Shown piece after piece: positions 54,201 through 64,000 of a stretch of 64,000 bases of DNA. A program made the translations under genes and the position numbers. The DNA lies in contig CM120643.1 in NCBI GenBank assembly GCA_051362555.1, positions 2,418,001-2,482,000 of the forward strand, in the 5' to 3' direction. The notes below the pieces were generated by a model. That model did not search any database, was not told where the DNA came from, and saw nothing but the letters and a program-made list of their open reading frames with translations. The first letter of the stretch is position 1; each line of letters starts with the position of its first letter. The DNA is from Lingula anatina (Eukaryota; Animalia; Brachiopoda).

Positions 54201-55344
54201 GGCATTACGTATACGTAGAGTAAATAGGATAACTTTGCAACCGGGAAGCAGTCATGTAAAAATCTGTTTTAACATGTCTAAAATATGTCGATGTAATGCA
54301 CTAATAATGCAGTACGCAGAACGTCAGTTTTTAGGGAGGGGGGTTATATATCTAGAAAGAAGAAATCTGCGACCGGGGTAGGGTCTCCCTACACCCGTGT
54401 TTCCTGCCCTTATGATTGACGGTTGAAATAGTGGAGGGTGGAAGGCTTTCTTATTTGACTACATTAATGATATTAACGTACGTGTACCATCTTTCTTTTT
54501 TCTTTACTTCCAAGAGATCTGTTTACAATTAACGGCATGAGAAGACGCAATAAACATGCACTACTGCATATAGTTTCAATCTGATTTCTAATCAAACCCG
54601 ATGGTCTTGTTGACAATCTTAATACTAATCACACTGGTTGCATTTGTGGGGACCGAAGCCACGAGTACAATGGAATTATCTTTAATAAACAAACAACTGA
54701 GTGTGTATAATTAACAAACAATCACTGTGTTTATTTCTGTATCTGTTAATTGGGATCAGCAAAGGTCAAAACAGCAAGAAGAATAAGTTTGTTTGGCAGG
54801 ACTTACTTGGCACGAATTGTATCTCTAGAAGATGAACATATATTGTTACGGTTTCTGTTTATACTTGTCAAGTGTTGGCCACACGTGTTATTCACGTAGA
54901 TAGATTCTTCTCGGAAGGAGACAATAAAATTCCCGATCAGATCCTCTGCTAAAGGTTTCTTTAAGATGAAGCGCTCTTATTGTCTTGGAAAATTTCTTCC
55001 CCGAGGCAAGCATTTGGGTTATGCCTACAAGGGTTCTTGTGGTCTTTCCAATGGCAGTGGCCGGGAATATGAATGACAGTGACTCCGATGCCAAATCAAA
55101 TTATCTGGTGACATTAATTTGCAGTATTGCGGCGTACGACGGAAAGTGATTTGAGCAAGTCGATTATCGTGTAACCATGGTTCTGTCAGGAGTCTCGCGA
55201 GACGCCTACGTCAATTGTACAGCATCGGAGCCAATAATCTAAAGGCAAGTCTTCCGTCTTTGCCACTGAATACACAAGCAGCGAGGTAGCCTCTCTGAAT
55301 ATTTACAGACAGCTATCTCCTCCTTCTGCGCATGCTTCCTACGG

Positions 55345-55380
55345 TATATAAACTCCTGCTCAGCCAGTCTCCTTCAGATC
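55345..55380 (+). promoter_or_regulatory. Internal TATA box and Inr-like element
   Basis: TATATAAA at 55345-55352; TCAGAT with its A at 55376, 31 nt after the TATA start. Confidence 0.55.
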
Positions 55381-55559
55381 ACAGTTGCCACTGATCAGAA
55401 CCAGAAAACTTTAGTCGCAGCTTAGGCGTTCAGTTACTGTCAAGCTACACATTGGACTCAACCGCTTTTAGACACTGTCACATTTTCTCTGTGGCGCTTC
55501 AAGTGGAAGCAAGCTATTTACCAAGTACTAGTGCATTGACATTACTTACATCTAGAGAA

Positions 55560-55653
55560 ATGGAGTGCGTTATGACGACCTCGGCGACAATCATGCCGAT
55601 ACATGGACAGTTTAGTTTTAAGTGTTGGAGGGAACGACAGTGCCTTAAACCAG
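55560..55653 (+). CDS. Putative alternative first coding exon of the calmodulin-like gene
   Basis: GAAATGG start, MECVMTTSATIMPIHGQFSFKCWRERQCLKP/G, donor CAG|GTATGT in phase 1, in frame with the exon at 56565. Confidence 0.6.
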
Positions 55654-56564
55654 GTATGTTCTGGCAAAAATGCTGAGGCAAAGAAAACGTGCACGTGTGC
55701 GTGGCTCGAAGCATTATCGGTGGGGGTTATTTATTCTCGGTTTTCCAATTAAAACATTTATTAAAATATATTTTTAAAAAATTATAATATATTTCTAAAA
55801 AATTGATAGGTTAGTTGTTATGTTGAATATTATGTCAAAAGAATCATGTCGACGATTTTTTACAGGCAATATCTAGTTTGTTTTGCTGATACAATCGACT
55901 GTAAAAACCATGGGCGTGTGTTTATTGCTTGACGGCCACGAAATGATGATGTATCAAGCAATATCGTGATAAAATAAATAGTCATTTAATATCAAACACG
56001 AAGTTAAACACGCACCGTGCATTGTTTATTGAATTTCCGCACGCAGTATCTAAAACCTTCACGATTTTTGCATTGTTGAAACGTTTCGGAAACCGCGCCA
56101 CGCACCATACAGAACTGAAATTATAGCGATGTTCTTGTCTTTAGTTTAACTGACGATAAACCTACCCAAGCATAATTACATATTCATCTTCTTATTAAAC
56201 GTTATTGCATCTAAACGCGTAGCTCACCGGTATGATGAAATGGCAGGCTGAAGGTGCGAGGCAAAAATAGATTCCGCTTTCATATCTTATATTCTTCGTT
56301 AGATCAACTAAATTACGGCAAAATGCGTCACTCGGTATCATTGGGTTTGAAATGTTATTCTGCAGACGATCACAAGACAATCATGCTGGCGTTTACTGAC
56401 GTGCAATATTCTGACTGTACTTAACGACGCAGGGGGATGTATAGTGCAGATGCCTAGGTTAAAATACAATCCGCTAAGGGTTGCTTTCCATATATTTATC
56501 GTTAAAAATCTATCATTTTTACAAACCATCTAAAAGTTTCCTTTTCATCTTTTTTTTCTCACAG

Positions 56565-56740
56565 GAAGCGGAACGATAGAATTCGACGAATTTTTAAGTA
56601 TGATGTCAAAAAACAAAAGCAGGGATCCAGAGAAAGAATTGTTGGACGTGTTTCACGTTTTCGACCAAAATGGTGACGGGCACATAGACGCAGACGAACT
56701 TTACGACGTCTTAACAAAAATAGGTGAAGTCATAACAAAG
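56565..56740 (+). CDS. Calmodulin-like protein exon (end of EF2, linker, EF3)
   Basis: Polypyrimidine tract plus ACAG|; [58 protein letters not shown]; donor AAG|GTGAGT. Confidence 0.93.
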
Positions 56741-57532
56741 GTGAGTTAAGTATACTGCAGTTAAGTCGATTTCTGTAGCGTCTGTTTTCAACCTTGAAAC
56801 GCCAGCAGCATGGTGAAAATGTAGAGCACAGTTAAGATTGCACACTTGAATCGATATCGGAGAGTAATAAATGCCCCATTCACGATATAGGCAATCTGTT
56901 TAATGGTAAACAAATGGCGAAAATAGAAATGCATCTGAGAATACTTAGTTCAGATATCTGATGGGAAAAACCAGGACGTTTTGCAAAAATGGCAGCTCTT
57001 TAGCCAGGTCGAGGGGTGCCGGGGGAGGCGGTCATTTTGGCTCAAATCAACATTCCGTCTGCGCTAACAAACTGTGACAAGTATAAAAGATTTGATTCTT
57101 CATCACTTAATTTAATACAGAGAACTAAGACTGAGATTGAAATAGTCCAAAAACTCTCATATTAGAGAAAAAGTCCACCTTTTATTTTTAAAACATCCCA
57201 AATTAAAATTCTAGTCACGGTCCTTAATATCGTTGGTAAAATACGTGTTATGTAATTCGGGAGTGGAAATACTACTTAAAACTTCAACAGCATTTCAAGC
57301 AATAATTGTTGTGAATGTTGTGATTTGGCATTGACATTATAATTGGTGTTAAATTATCTGACTGTATTTTGGCCCTGATTCTTCATTTTGGAAAATCAAT
57401 TAACGACAGCCTTAATAGTTTTGAAAAACTTTCTACGTTGGCCTAAACAAATGTATTTTTAAAATGATATACAGTGTAACTTAGAGATCAATTCAGGCGG
57501 AAAGTTTATCCTCATTATTCTTGTTTTTCCAG

Positions 57533-57596
57533 GCGGAGGTTCGTGAAATGATCCAAGAAGCTGATGTTGACGGTGACGGCACAGTAAATTTTACAG
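57533..57596 (+). CDS. Calmodulin-like protein exon (EF4)
   Basis: TTTTTCCAG|; AEVREMIQEADVDGDGTVNFT/E; donor CAG|GTAAAT. Confidence 0.93.
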
Positions 57597-58028
57597 GTAA
57601 ATAATGTTGCACAAGACACTTGATTCTTCATCTAATTAGATAACGTCAATATTTCGTAATAAGCGTGTGAAGCCGGATGACGAAACCCTACCAGTAGCAA
57701 CATATCGTGATGAATACAGTGTACTGTATCTTATGAGAAACACCGAAAATACTTAGAAAATGTCTGAAGAAACTCACATCCTCTTTCGGTAGTCTTCTCT
57801 ATTCATCTTACTATCCCTTATGTATATAATTTTCCAACATAAGAATAAGCTCATTGCTAGTTTTCCTGTCCCCGTTGACGTCACTGCTGCGGCCTAATTT
57901 CAAAGTCATCTAAGAATATCACTTGTAAAAGATCTCTGTGTCGTATTGGTAGACCACCTGTTGCAATTATGCAAATATGGCTTATTTGAAGTAAACATAA
58001 TATTAATATTGTACGTTCTAAATTTCAG

Positions 58029-58057
58029 AGTTTAAAAGAATTCTGACGGCGAAATAA
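58029..58057 (+). CDS. Calmodulin-like protein, last coding exon (EFKRILTAK*)
   Basis: TTTCAG|AGTTTAAA...AAATAA; 29 coding bp ending TAK*, like the calmodulin last exon; AATAAA at 58180. Confidence 0.9.
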
Positions 58058-59017
58058 GTAAACCTAATATCTGACTATCATCTGTGATTCTGGGAACTGG
58101 CATGGCGTTGGAGTTGCGCAACGTTAAAACGCGACGGAAAGGCCCCCTACTGAGCCAGGCAGGAGAAACGACTTTATGCAATAAAAACTTCGGTTCTTAT
58201 TAACATCAAGACTACACAACCGGCCTGACTCTGTAGATCATGTACCGAGTGTGTCTGTGAAGATTTCAAAAGGTTTCCCGCAAAAATGACGTGTCTTAAA
58301 ACGCCAGACAAGAGGCAGCGACGTCTTATGGCACTTAAGCGTTATTAACTTTCTGTTTATTTTGCATGTTTTTTGCGTTAGATAACCTCAAGAAAATTCA
58401 TGTTAAATGAAAGCATTGTGCAGACGCTTTCAAGGAGACATACGCGCAATTACTTATTTTTTAAACTTGTTTTTTTTTTAATACGAAATGAAATCACAGG
58501 ACATTGCATGGTCCCACGGTCGTCCTCGGCCTTCTTCGGTCTTTCTCGGTATTCCCAGGCTTCATTTTAGAAGTTCAAAAAACAATGAAATAATACACAT
58601 TGCACTGAGTTAAAATTCAACGTTACATTATGTTGCCTTCTTCAGTATGAGTTTTACAGTGTTTTTGTAAACGGTTAATGCACGGAACCTACACGTAGTC
58701 GTTGATTCTGGTGTCTGGAGCACCCAAGCAAATGCAAGTGCCATTTCCCATATTTGTAAATATGCTCTTTACGAAGTGTGATATTTGAAATAAAATAATT
58801 CATAAACCTAATTATTTTTGGTTGTTGATACAATCTCTCTCTCTCTCTCTCTCTCACTCTCTGAAACAAAATAAATCATAAGGACCTTTTTTGTTTGTAC
58901 AATCTCCCTCTCTTTCTTCCCCCCCTCTCTCTCTCTCTCTTTGAAATAAAATAAACCATAAAAGACATTGTTTATGACAAAATCTCTCTCTCTCTCACTC
59001 TCTCTCTCGTATCTGTC

Positions 59018-59255
59018 TCTACTGTAAATCATAAAGTCGTTTACAACACACCGTGCTACGCTTTTACGCTTTTCGCGTTTCAAAGGAAAATGGCAATTGA
59101 GGAAACGGAAATAGTAGTTCCCAATTTCTTGCAAGACACAACGGTTGCGATAGTTGTGCATAACATTGAAACATCGCCGCCTGCATTGCATGTGGTGTCC
59201 TAAATATGCTTTTTGTATCTTACTTTTCTTTCCTTTTTGTAATTACACCAAATTC

Positions 59256-59297
<42 letters not shown>

Positions 59298-59655
59298 ATC
59301 TCTCTCATAAGGGTATTTTCTGTTGTTGACACAATCTCTCTATCTATCCCTCCCTTCTCGCTCTCTCCCTCTTTCTCTCTCCCAATCTATTTCTACTGTA
59401 AATAATAATAAAAAAATAGTTCCGTTTACAAATACGACTCGGCCTGCTAAGTTTTTTTATGTTTCAAAGGAAGATAACAATAAAGGAAACGTTGATACAT
59501 GTAGTAGCTTTCATCACCTTGCAGAATTTACCTGGTAAACAAAACACAACGATTGTGATAGTAGTGCTGACTTTAAAACATCGCCGTCTGCATTGCATTT
59601 GGTGTCCTATATATTATTGGTATTTTACTATTCTTTCCTCTTTTGCCATTACACT
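59018..59655 (+). repeat. Diverged tandem duplication (~250-bp homologous blocks)
   Basis: TCTACTGTAAAT...TTCAAAGGAA...AAACATCGCCG.CTGCATTGCAT.TGGTGTCCTA near 59018 and 59392. Confidence 0.75.
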
Positions 59656-59658
59656 TAA

Positions 59659-59695
59659 AGGGATAGTAACTCTTCATTTTGGCCAAAAAATTAAT

Positions 59696-59731
<36 letters not shown>

Positions 59732-60322
59732 TTTATTTATAGTCTAAAATCCAACATGTGTTCAGTAGACTTTACAAAAATTATAAAATTCAAATTTAAA
59801 GAAAAATATTGCTAATGGTTATAAGATGAAAGGATATATAAAATGGATAAAAAAGGGGAAATTTAAAACTATGACTAAGAACAGTTTTTCTTAAGAAGTG
59901 TTTTTTTTTCTTTTAAAGAATTTAAAAATAATATTGTTTAAAAAGGTGGGTTTTTAGTTCCTTTTTAAAATGCCCAGGGTCCACAATTTGTCTAAGACTG
60001 ATGGGTAAAATATTCCATTCTTTTCCTGGAGTAAACAACAATTTTCCCATACTTACCAATGGTTAATGAATCCATTTTTACATTCAAAGTTAGTCCCTGG
60101 ATTTTTTCTAAAAAGTTTGGTTTTTTTGTTAAAATCTCTTAAGAGATTATAACAGAGTATAGCCATCAATGGAGGTCACGTGGGCTGAAGACAAGCTCAG
60201 ATATCAGAATAATAGCTATAACTGCTGTTTTTGTCGTAAAACAGAATATGTTATATTTCTATAAGTTATTCACAATGTTTTTATTATGAAAAATAGACCT
60301 CATACGAAGAGTTATTATCCCT
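59659..60322. mobile_element. Non-autonomous Kolobok-like DNA transposon
   Basis: TTAA|AGGGATAGTAACTCTTC ... GAAGAGTTATTATCCCT|TTAA: 17-bp TIR (1 mismatch), TTAA TSD, AG/CT termini. Confidence 0.8.
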
Positions 60323-61502
60323 TTAATCTTTCTTTTTTCTTTTTTTAAAATTTGTTTAATATTTTTGATAGCCCATTACCAGTACGGTTCGCGATGGTTT
60401 AAAGACGAAAAGGGACCATTTTACTAGAACTTTTTTGTCTTCTGAGAGGGGAATTTATGAGAAAGCAGCTGCCGTCACAAGTTTGTAACATATATATCAC
60501 TACAGTCCTGCAACCAGTTTTCAATCACCAAGTGGTTGCTGACAGGTTATTTATTGCTCGGAAAAGGGTGTGCGACTGCTAACCTATAGCTTTAAGATGG
60601 TCTGTAAGAGGTTGCAGAATCCATACTGCAACCTTGTTGCAACCGGTTTGCGACTGCTTGCCGATCAAAATATGCCATAGCTTCTTTAATTGTATATCTT
60701 TTATCATTTTATTCGAACTCGTGTAACTATACAAAAACTCAACCTTTTGCTTGCAATGTTTAAAATGAACTTAAAATGTCAATAAGTCACTCCAATACTA
60801 AATCTGATAATCCAATAATTTTCTGAGGGATAAGTGACCCAAGGGATACCGGTAACCAATCAATAGGTAAAGCATAACCTAATTTTTCCACCGGTATAAT
60901 TTATTAAGAAACATCTTTAAAGAATGCATTGTACCATTATAAACAATAATTATATAAAACTGAATAGCAGATGACAGAGAAATGATACACGCACTAGTCC
61001 CTGTAACAATGTAAACATTCTCATGTTCTCAATTTAATTACTCTGCCAGTTGTTTCTTTTCTGAGAATAGCAGTGTCATTATAATGTTGTCAGTTAAGGT
61101 TTTCCAGTATAACCAGGAAACAGTACACATTTGTATTATGAAATATACGTGACACACAGTAATTTCCTGTACTGTGATATAACACTTTCTTTTTTTTTTC
61201 AGTCAGGACGTCCCTTTTTAACCAAGCTACAGTAATTGTTCGCATTATAACAATATACGCTGCACACTGATACTTCATAGTCTGTGAGGTAACTGTATAG
61301 TTATGGACAGCTAACAATTCCCGCGCAATCGTGTATATGCAATTCATATTCTGAAATAACTTTATTAAAACAAAACGTTCTTGATGCATGTAACGTCTGA
61401 GCTACACGACTCTACTAACTAACTACATGTAAGTTATGAAATGTCCATTGTTTTTTACAAACGTAATATTTTCATAGTCCATCGTTAGCTTGGTATAATC
61501 AG

Positions 61503-63407
61503 TCATAATTGGAAGACTTTAATCTCCCCTGTCTTTTCCCCAGTGACCAGTTGTTCGAGACGATTTATCGCAACATCTCTCGGCCAGTAAAGTCCATTTT
61601 CTTCGCATAAAAGAAATCGCTTGAACTTCCCATCTTGAGAAACTAAGTGTAGACGATGGTTGTTGAGGTCTATTAAAATAATTTCTCCATTATCCAAGCA
61701 GCACGTGCCGCCTGGACTGTTCACCTGGCCGTCCCCATCACCCTGGGTGCCATATTTGTACTTTAGCTGGAGACTGGAATCGTATACACGGATCTGATCA
61801 TTTCCTGGATCTGTGATGATGATGTCATCATTCACGTTACAGTTGATGTATTTGACATATTTACCCCCTGGGTCTGGTGTCGTCTGCAGGACCTTGCCAT
61901 CCTTGTGGTGCACAGTCAGAGTACTGCCACTGGCCACTACGTAGTGACCATTGCTGTTGACTGCTATAGCTTCTGGTGACTCACTGTGGAATGTTCTCAC
62001 GTGATTCCCTGTCTTGGTGTAGACAATGATTTCATTTGACCAATGACATCTAGTGACGATGTTACCGTCATCATCAATGGCAATCCCGGCAAAGGCATAC
62101 TTTTCTGCTGCTCTTGGATTTGGAATTGTGCCCTGTAGGACAAAGGTGGCATCGTAGATGTGGATTCTATTCCGTGACTTGTCCTCATCACACCAAATAC
62201 CAATAAGGATGTCACCATTTGTATCAGTGGTCACGTGACTGATTATCTCTTCTGGAGACTTGGCCAGTTCTAGTTTGAATGATGTCACCAGTCTTCCACT
62301 CGCAGTAGGAACCACGTCTCCAAGGCAACTGTTGATATTGGTAACGCACTCCTCCATGTCGTTGGTGATAAACTTTAGGTGGGTAATGGCTGCGGGTAGG
62401 GTCGGAATGTCGAGCGTCTGAACGCTTTTGCTGCTTTCGTCACAGAAGGAGGCCATTTGCAGGACATCCATATCGCTTCCATGGTGAATGAGTTTTCTCG
62501 AGAAATCTACAGCGTCGTCCAGTTGGTTTTGGGTGGCGGTAGCAGTTGCAATTAAATCATCTAAAACTTCTAGTATGGCGCTCGACTTGGCATCTATTTC
62601 TTTCAAGAGATCATCAGCACGCTGACGGGTCATCTTTATAAGTAGTTCTAACTGCTTGTTAACTTGACTCTTTGCCCTCTTTCTTCCCTCTTCTACGGAC
62701 GCTTTCTGGGCTTCGGCAGCGGTTTTAAACTGATTGCAGAGTAGACTTTTCTTCTCGATAGGTTTCACGTAGAGTTTGAGTTTTTCTTTTCGTTTGTCCG
62801 CAGCAGTGTTGATTCTTAGGCAGTCATGATCCTTGTGTTCCAAAAACATACACGTGGCGCAGACGAACTTTTCACACACTGGGCAGAAGATTTCTACGGG
62901 GTTTTTGTTGTTGTGGTCACAGAGGATATTTTGTCGGGCACGCAGCTCTGTCAAATATTCGTCACTGTCTATCTTGTCGACAGGAAACAATTTGTGACCA
63001 CGACTGTTCTTGTGAAGCTTATGGTCTGAAGAACAATCTCCGCACATACTTTCCTGGCACTCCAAACAGCGTTTCGTTGCCGTCGGTGGATTGCCGACAT
63101 TTTTCAGACAACATACCTCGCACTTCTTGACAGCTTTGGCTTGTTCCACTTGATCAATTGTGTGTGATATGCTGACCAGAAGATGATTTGTTTGTAAATC
63201 ACTTACACCGCCCCTAGGGAGGTCACACTGACGCCTACAGGTAGGACAAGGGAAGCCAGGCTGACCTTGGACATTTGTGTCCAAAATTTGTTGGAGACAA
63301 TGCTGGCAAAACGTATGCGAACAGCCGAGGACCTTGGGATCTTTGCAATTTCCATGGCATATGCTGCACGTCAGGTAATCTTTCGTTAGGATCTTGGACA
63401 GAGACAT
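61503..63407 (-). CDS. TRIM-NHL E3 ubiquitin ligase (RING, B-box1, B-box2, coiled coil, NHL-like beta-propeller), ~634 aa, single coding exon
   Basis: RING CSIC..CSH..CQHC..CPTC; B-box1 CEVC..CLEC..CGDC..HKLH; B-box2 CDH..CPVC..CATC..HKDH; NHL-like GTQGDGDGQVNSPGG and PRDVAIN; likely start GCCATG (MSLSK) though the ORF is open to 63491; minus-strand AATAAA at 61361-61366. Confidence 0.92.
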   Translation of the reverse strand: MSLSKILTKDYLTCSICHGNCKDPKVLGCSHTFCQHCLQQILDTNVQGQPGFPCPTCRRQCDLPRGGVSDLQTNHLLVSISHTIDQVEQAKAVKKCEVCCLKNVGNPPTATKRCLECQESMCGDCSSDHKLHKNSRGHKLFPVDKIDSDEYLTELRARQNILCDHNNKNPVEIFCPVCEKFVCATCMFLEHKDHDCLRINTAADKRKEKLKLYVKPIEKKSLLCNQFKTAAEAQKASVEEGRKRAKSQVNKQLELLIKMTRQRADDLLKEIDAKSSAILEVLDDLIATATATQNQLDDAVDFSRKLIHHGSDMDVLQMASFCDESSKSVQTLDIPTLPAAITHLKFITNDMEECVTNINSCLGDVVPTASGRLVTSFKLELAKSPEEIISHVTTDTNGDILIGIWCDEDKSRNRIHIYDATFVLQGTIPNPRAAEKYAFAGIAIDDDGNIVTRCHWSNEIIVYTKTGNHVRTFHSESPEAIAVNSNGHYVVASGSTLTVHHKDGKVLQTTPDPGGKYVKYINCNVNDDIIITDPGNDQIRVYDSSLQLKYKYGTQGDGDGQVNSPGGTCCLDNGEIILIDLNNHRLHLVSQDGKFKRFLLCEENGLYWPRDVAINRLEQLVTGEKTGEIKVFQL

Positions 63408-64000
63408 GGCTCCTTGGAACAATATCTTAAAAAGATATAATGATAGACATCGAATCATTGGCAAATATTTGGTAATGGAAGAAGCATTCATGGCACGTCA
63501 TCACGGTATGCACGATAACCGAATATAGAGGTGCAATTGATATCACAGGCATATCCTTAATACTAAGTGCACAGATTACAAACTATGTTTGGCTATTCTA
63601 GGGTCCTACACGAATAATTTAGTATCAAAGGTTCACTCTACTGGAACTCTGAATAAAATAATAAAATGATTCATCGTCTAACCCAAAAAAAGGAATACAC
63701 GTTTGTTTAGAGTAGTTAATTTTTTGAGCGACTTAAGTTTTCATTTCACTAAATATTTAAAAGGTGTGTATGTGAGTGTTTGGGAGGGGGTACACCATAC
63801 TGACAGTAAAATAATCAACAAATTAACTATTTGCCATTCGTCGTCCAAATGTTGTATCAGTAATGTCAAAATATGTTTTCAGTCAGCAACAGAAATTCCT
63901 GTTACCTATTGTGCCAAGTACGTGGGCAAGATGAAACTTTGTGGCAATTTTTCTGAGGAACATACGTTACGTAGTATTAGTCATAATAATAATAATAATA

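Noticed and set aside
60500-60660. Cluster of TGCAACC/GGTTGC motifs resembling transposon subterminal repeats
   Set aside because: No termini or TSD identifiable
63408-63491. 28-aa N-terminal extension of the TRIM ORF
   Set aside because: Looks like a pyrimidine-rich acceptor region; GCCATG at 63407 just before the RING is the more likely start, though not proven

Overview
Eukaryotic, AT-rich, intron-containing genomic DNA from a marine invertebrate. A mollusc or other lophotrochozoan is plausible because the actin has only the codon-41/42 intron, but that is inference. Three host genes are supported. (1) A 376-aa actin (+; exons 814-939 and 4046-5050) with two tandem CArG boxes upstream. 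(2) A four-EF-hand calmodulin-like gene (+; coding exons 29522-29573, 31588-31731, 56565-56740, 57533-57596, 58029-58057), almost entirely missed by the ORF track and split by a ~24.8-kb intron. That intron holds a TATA/Inr promoter and an in-phase alternative first exon (55560-55653), which predicts a C-lobe-only isoform with a new Cys/basic N-terminus. (3) An intronless RING/B-box/B-box/coiled-coil/NHL (TRIM-NHL) gene (-; 61503-63407). The rest is microsatellites, minisatellites, several MITE families, a non-autonomous Kolobok-like element and degenerate retroelement/integrase fossils. The best mobile-DNA observations are a MITE inserted into its own end that seeded a 40/41-bp minisatellite, and a filled/empty insertion-site pair that fixes a 5-bp TSD. 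No rRNA, tRNA or CRISPR array was found. All calls come from reading the sequence by eye; no database searches were run.
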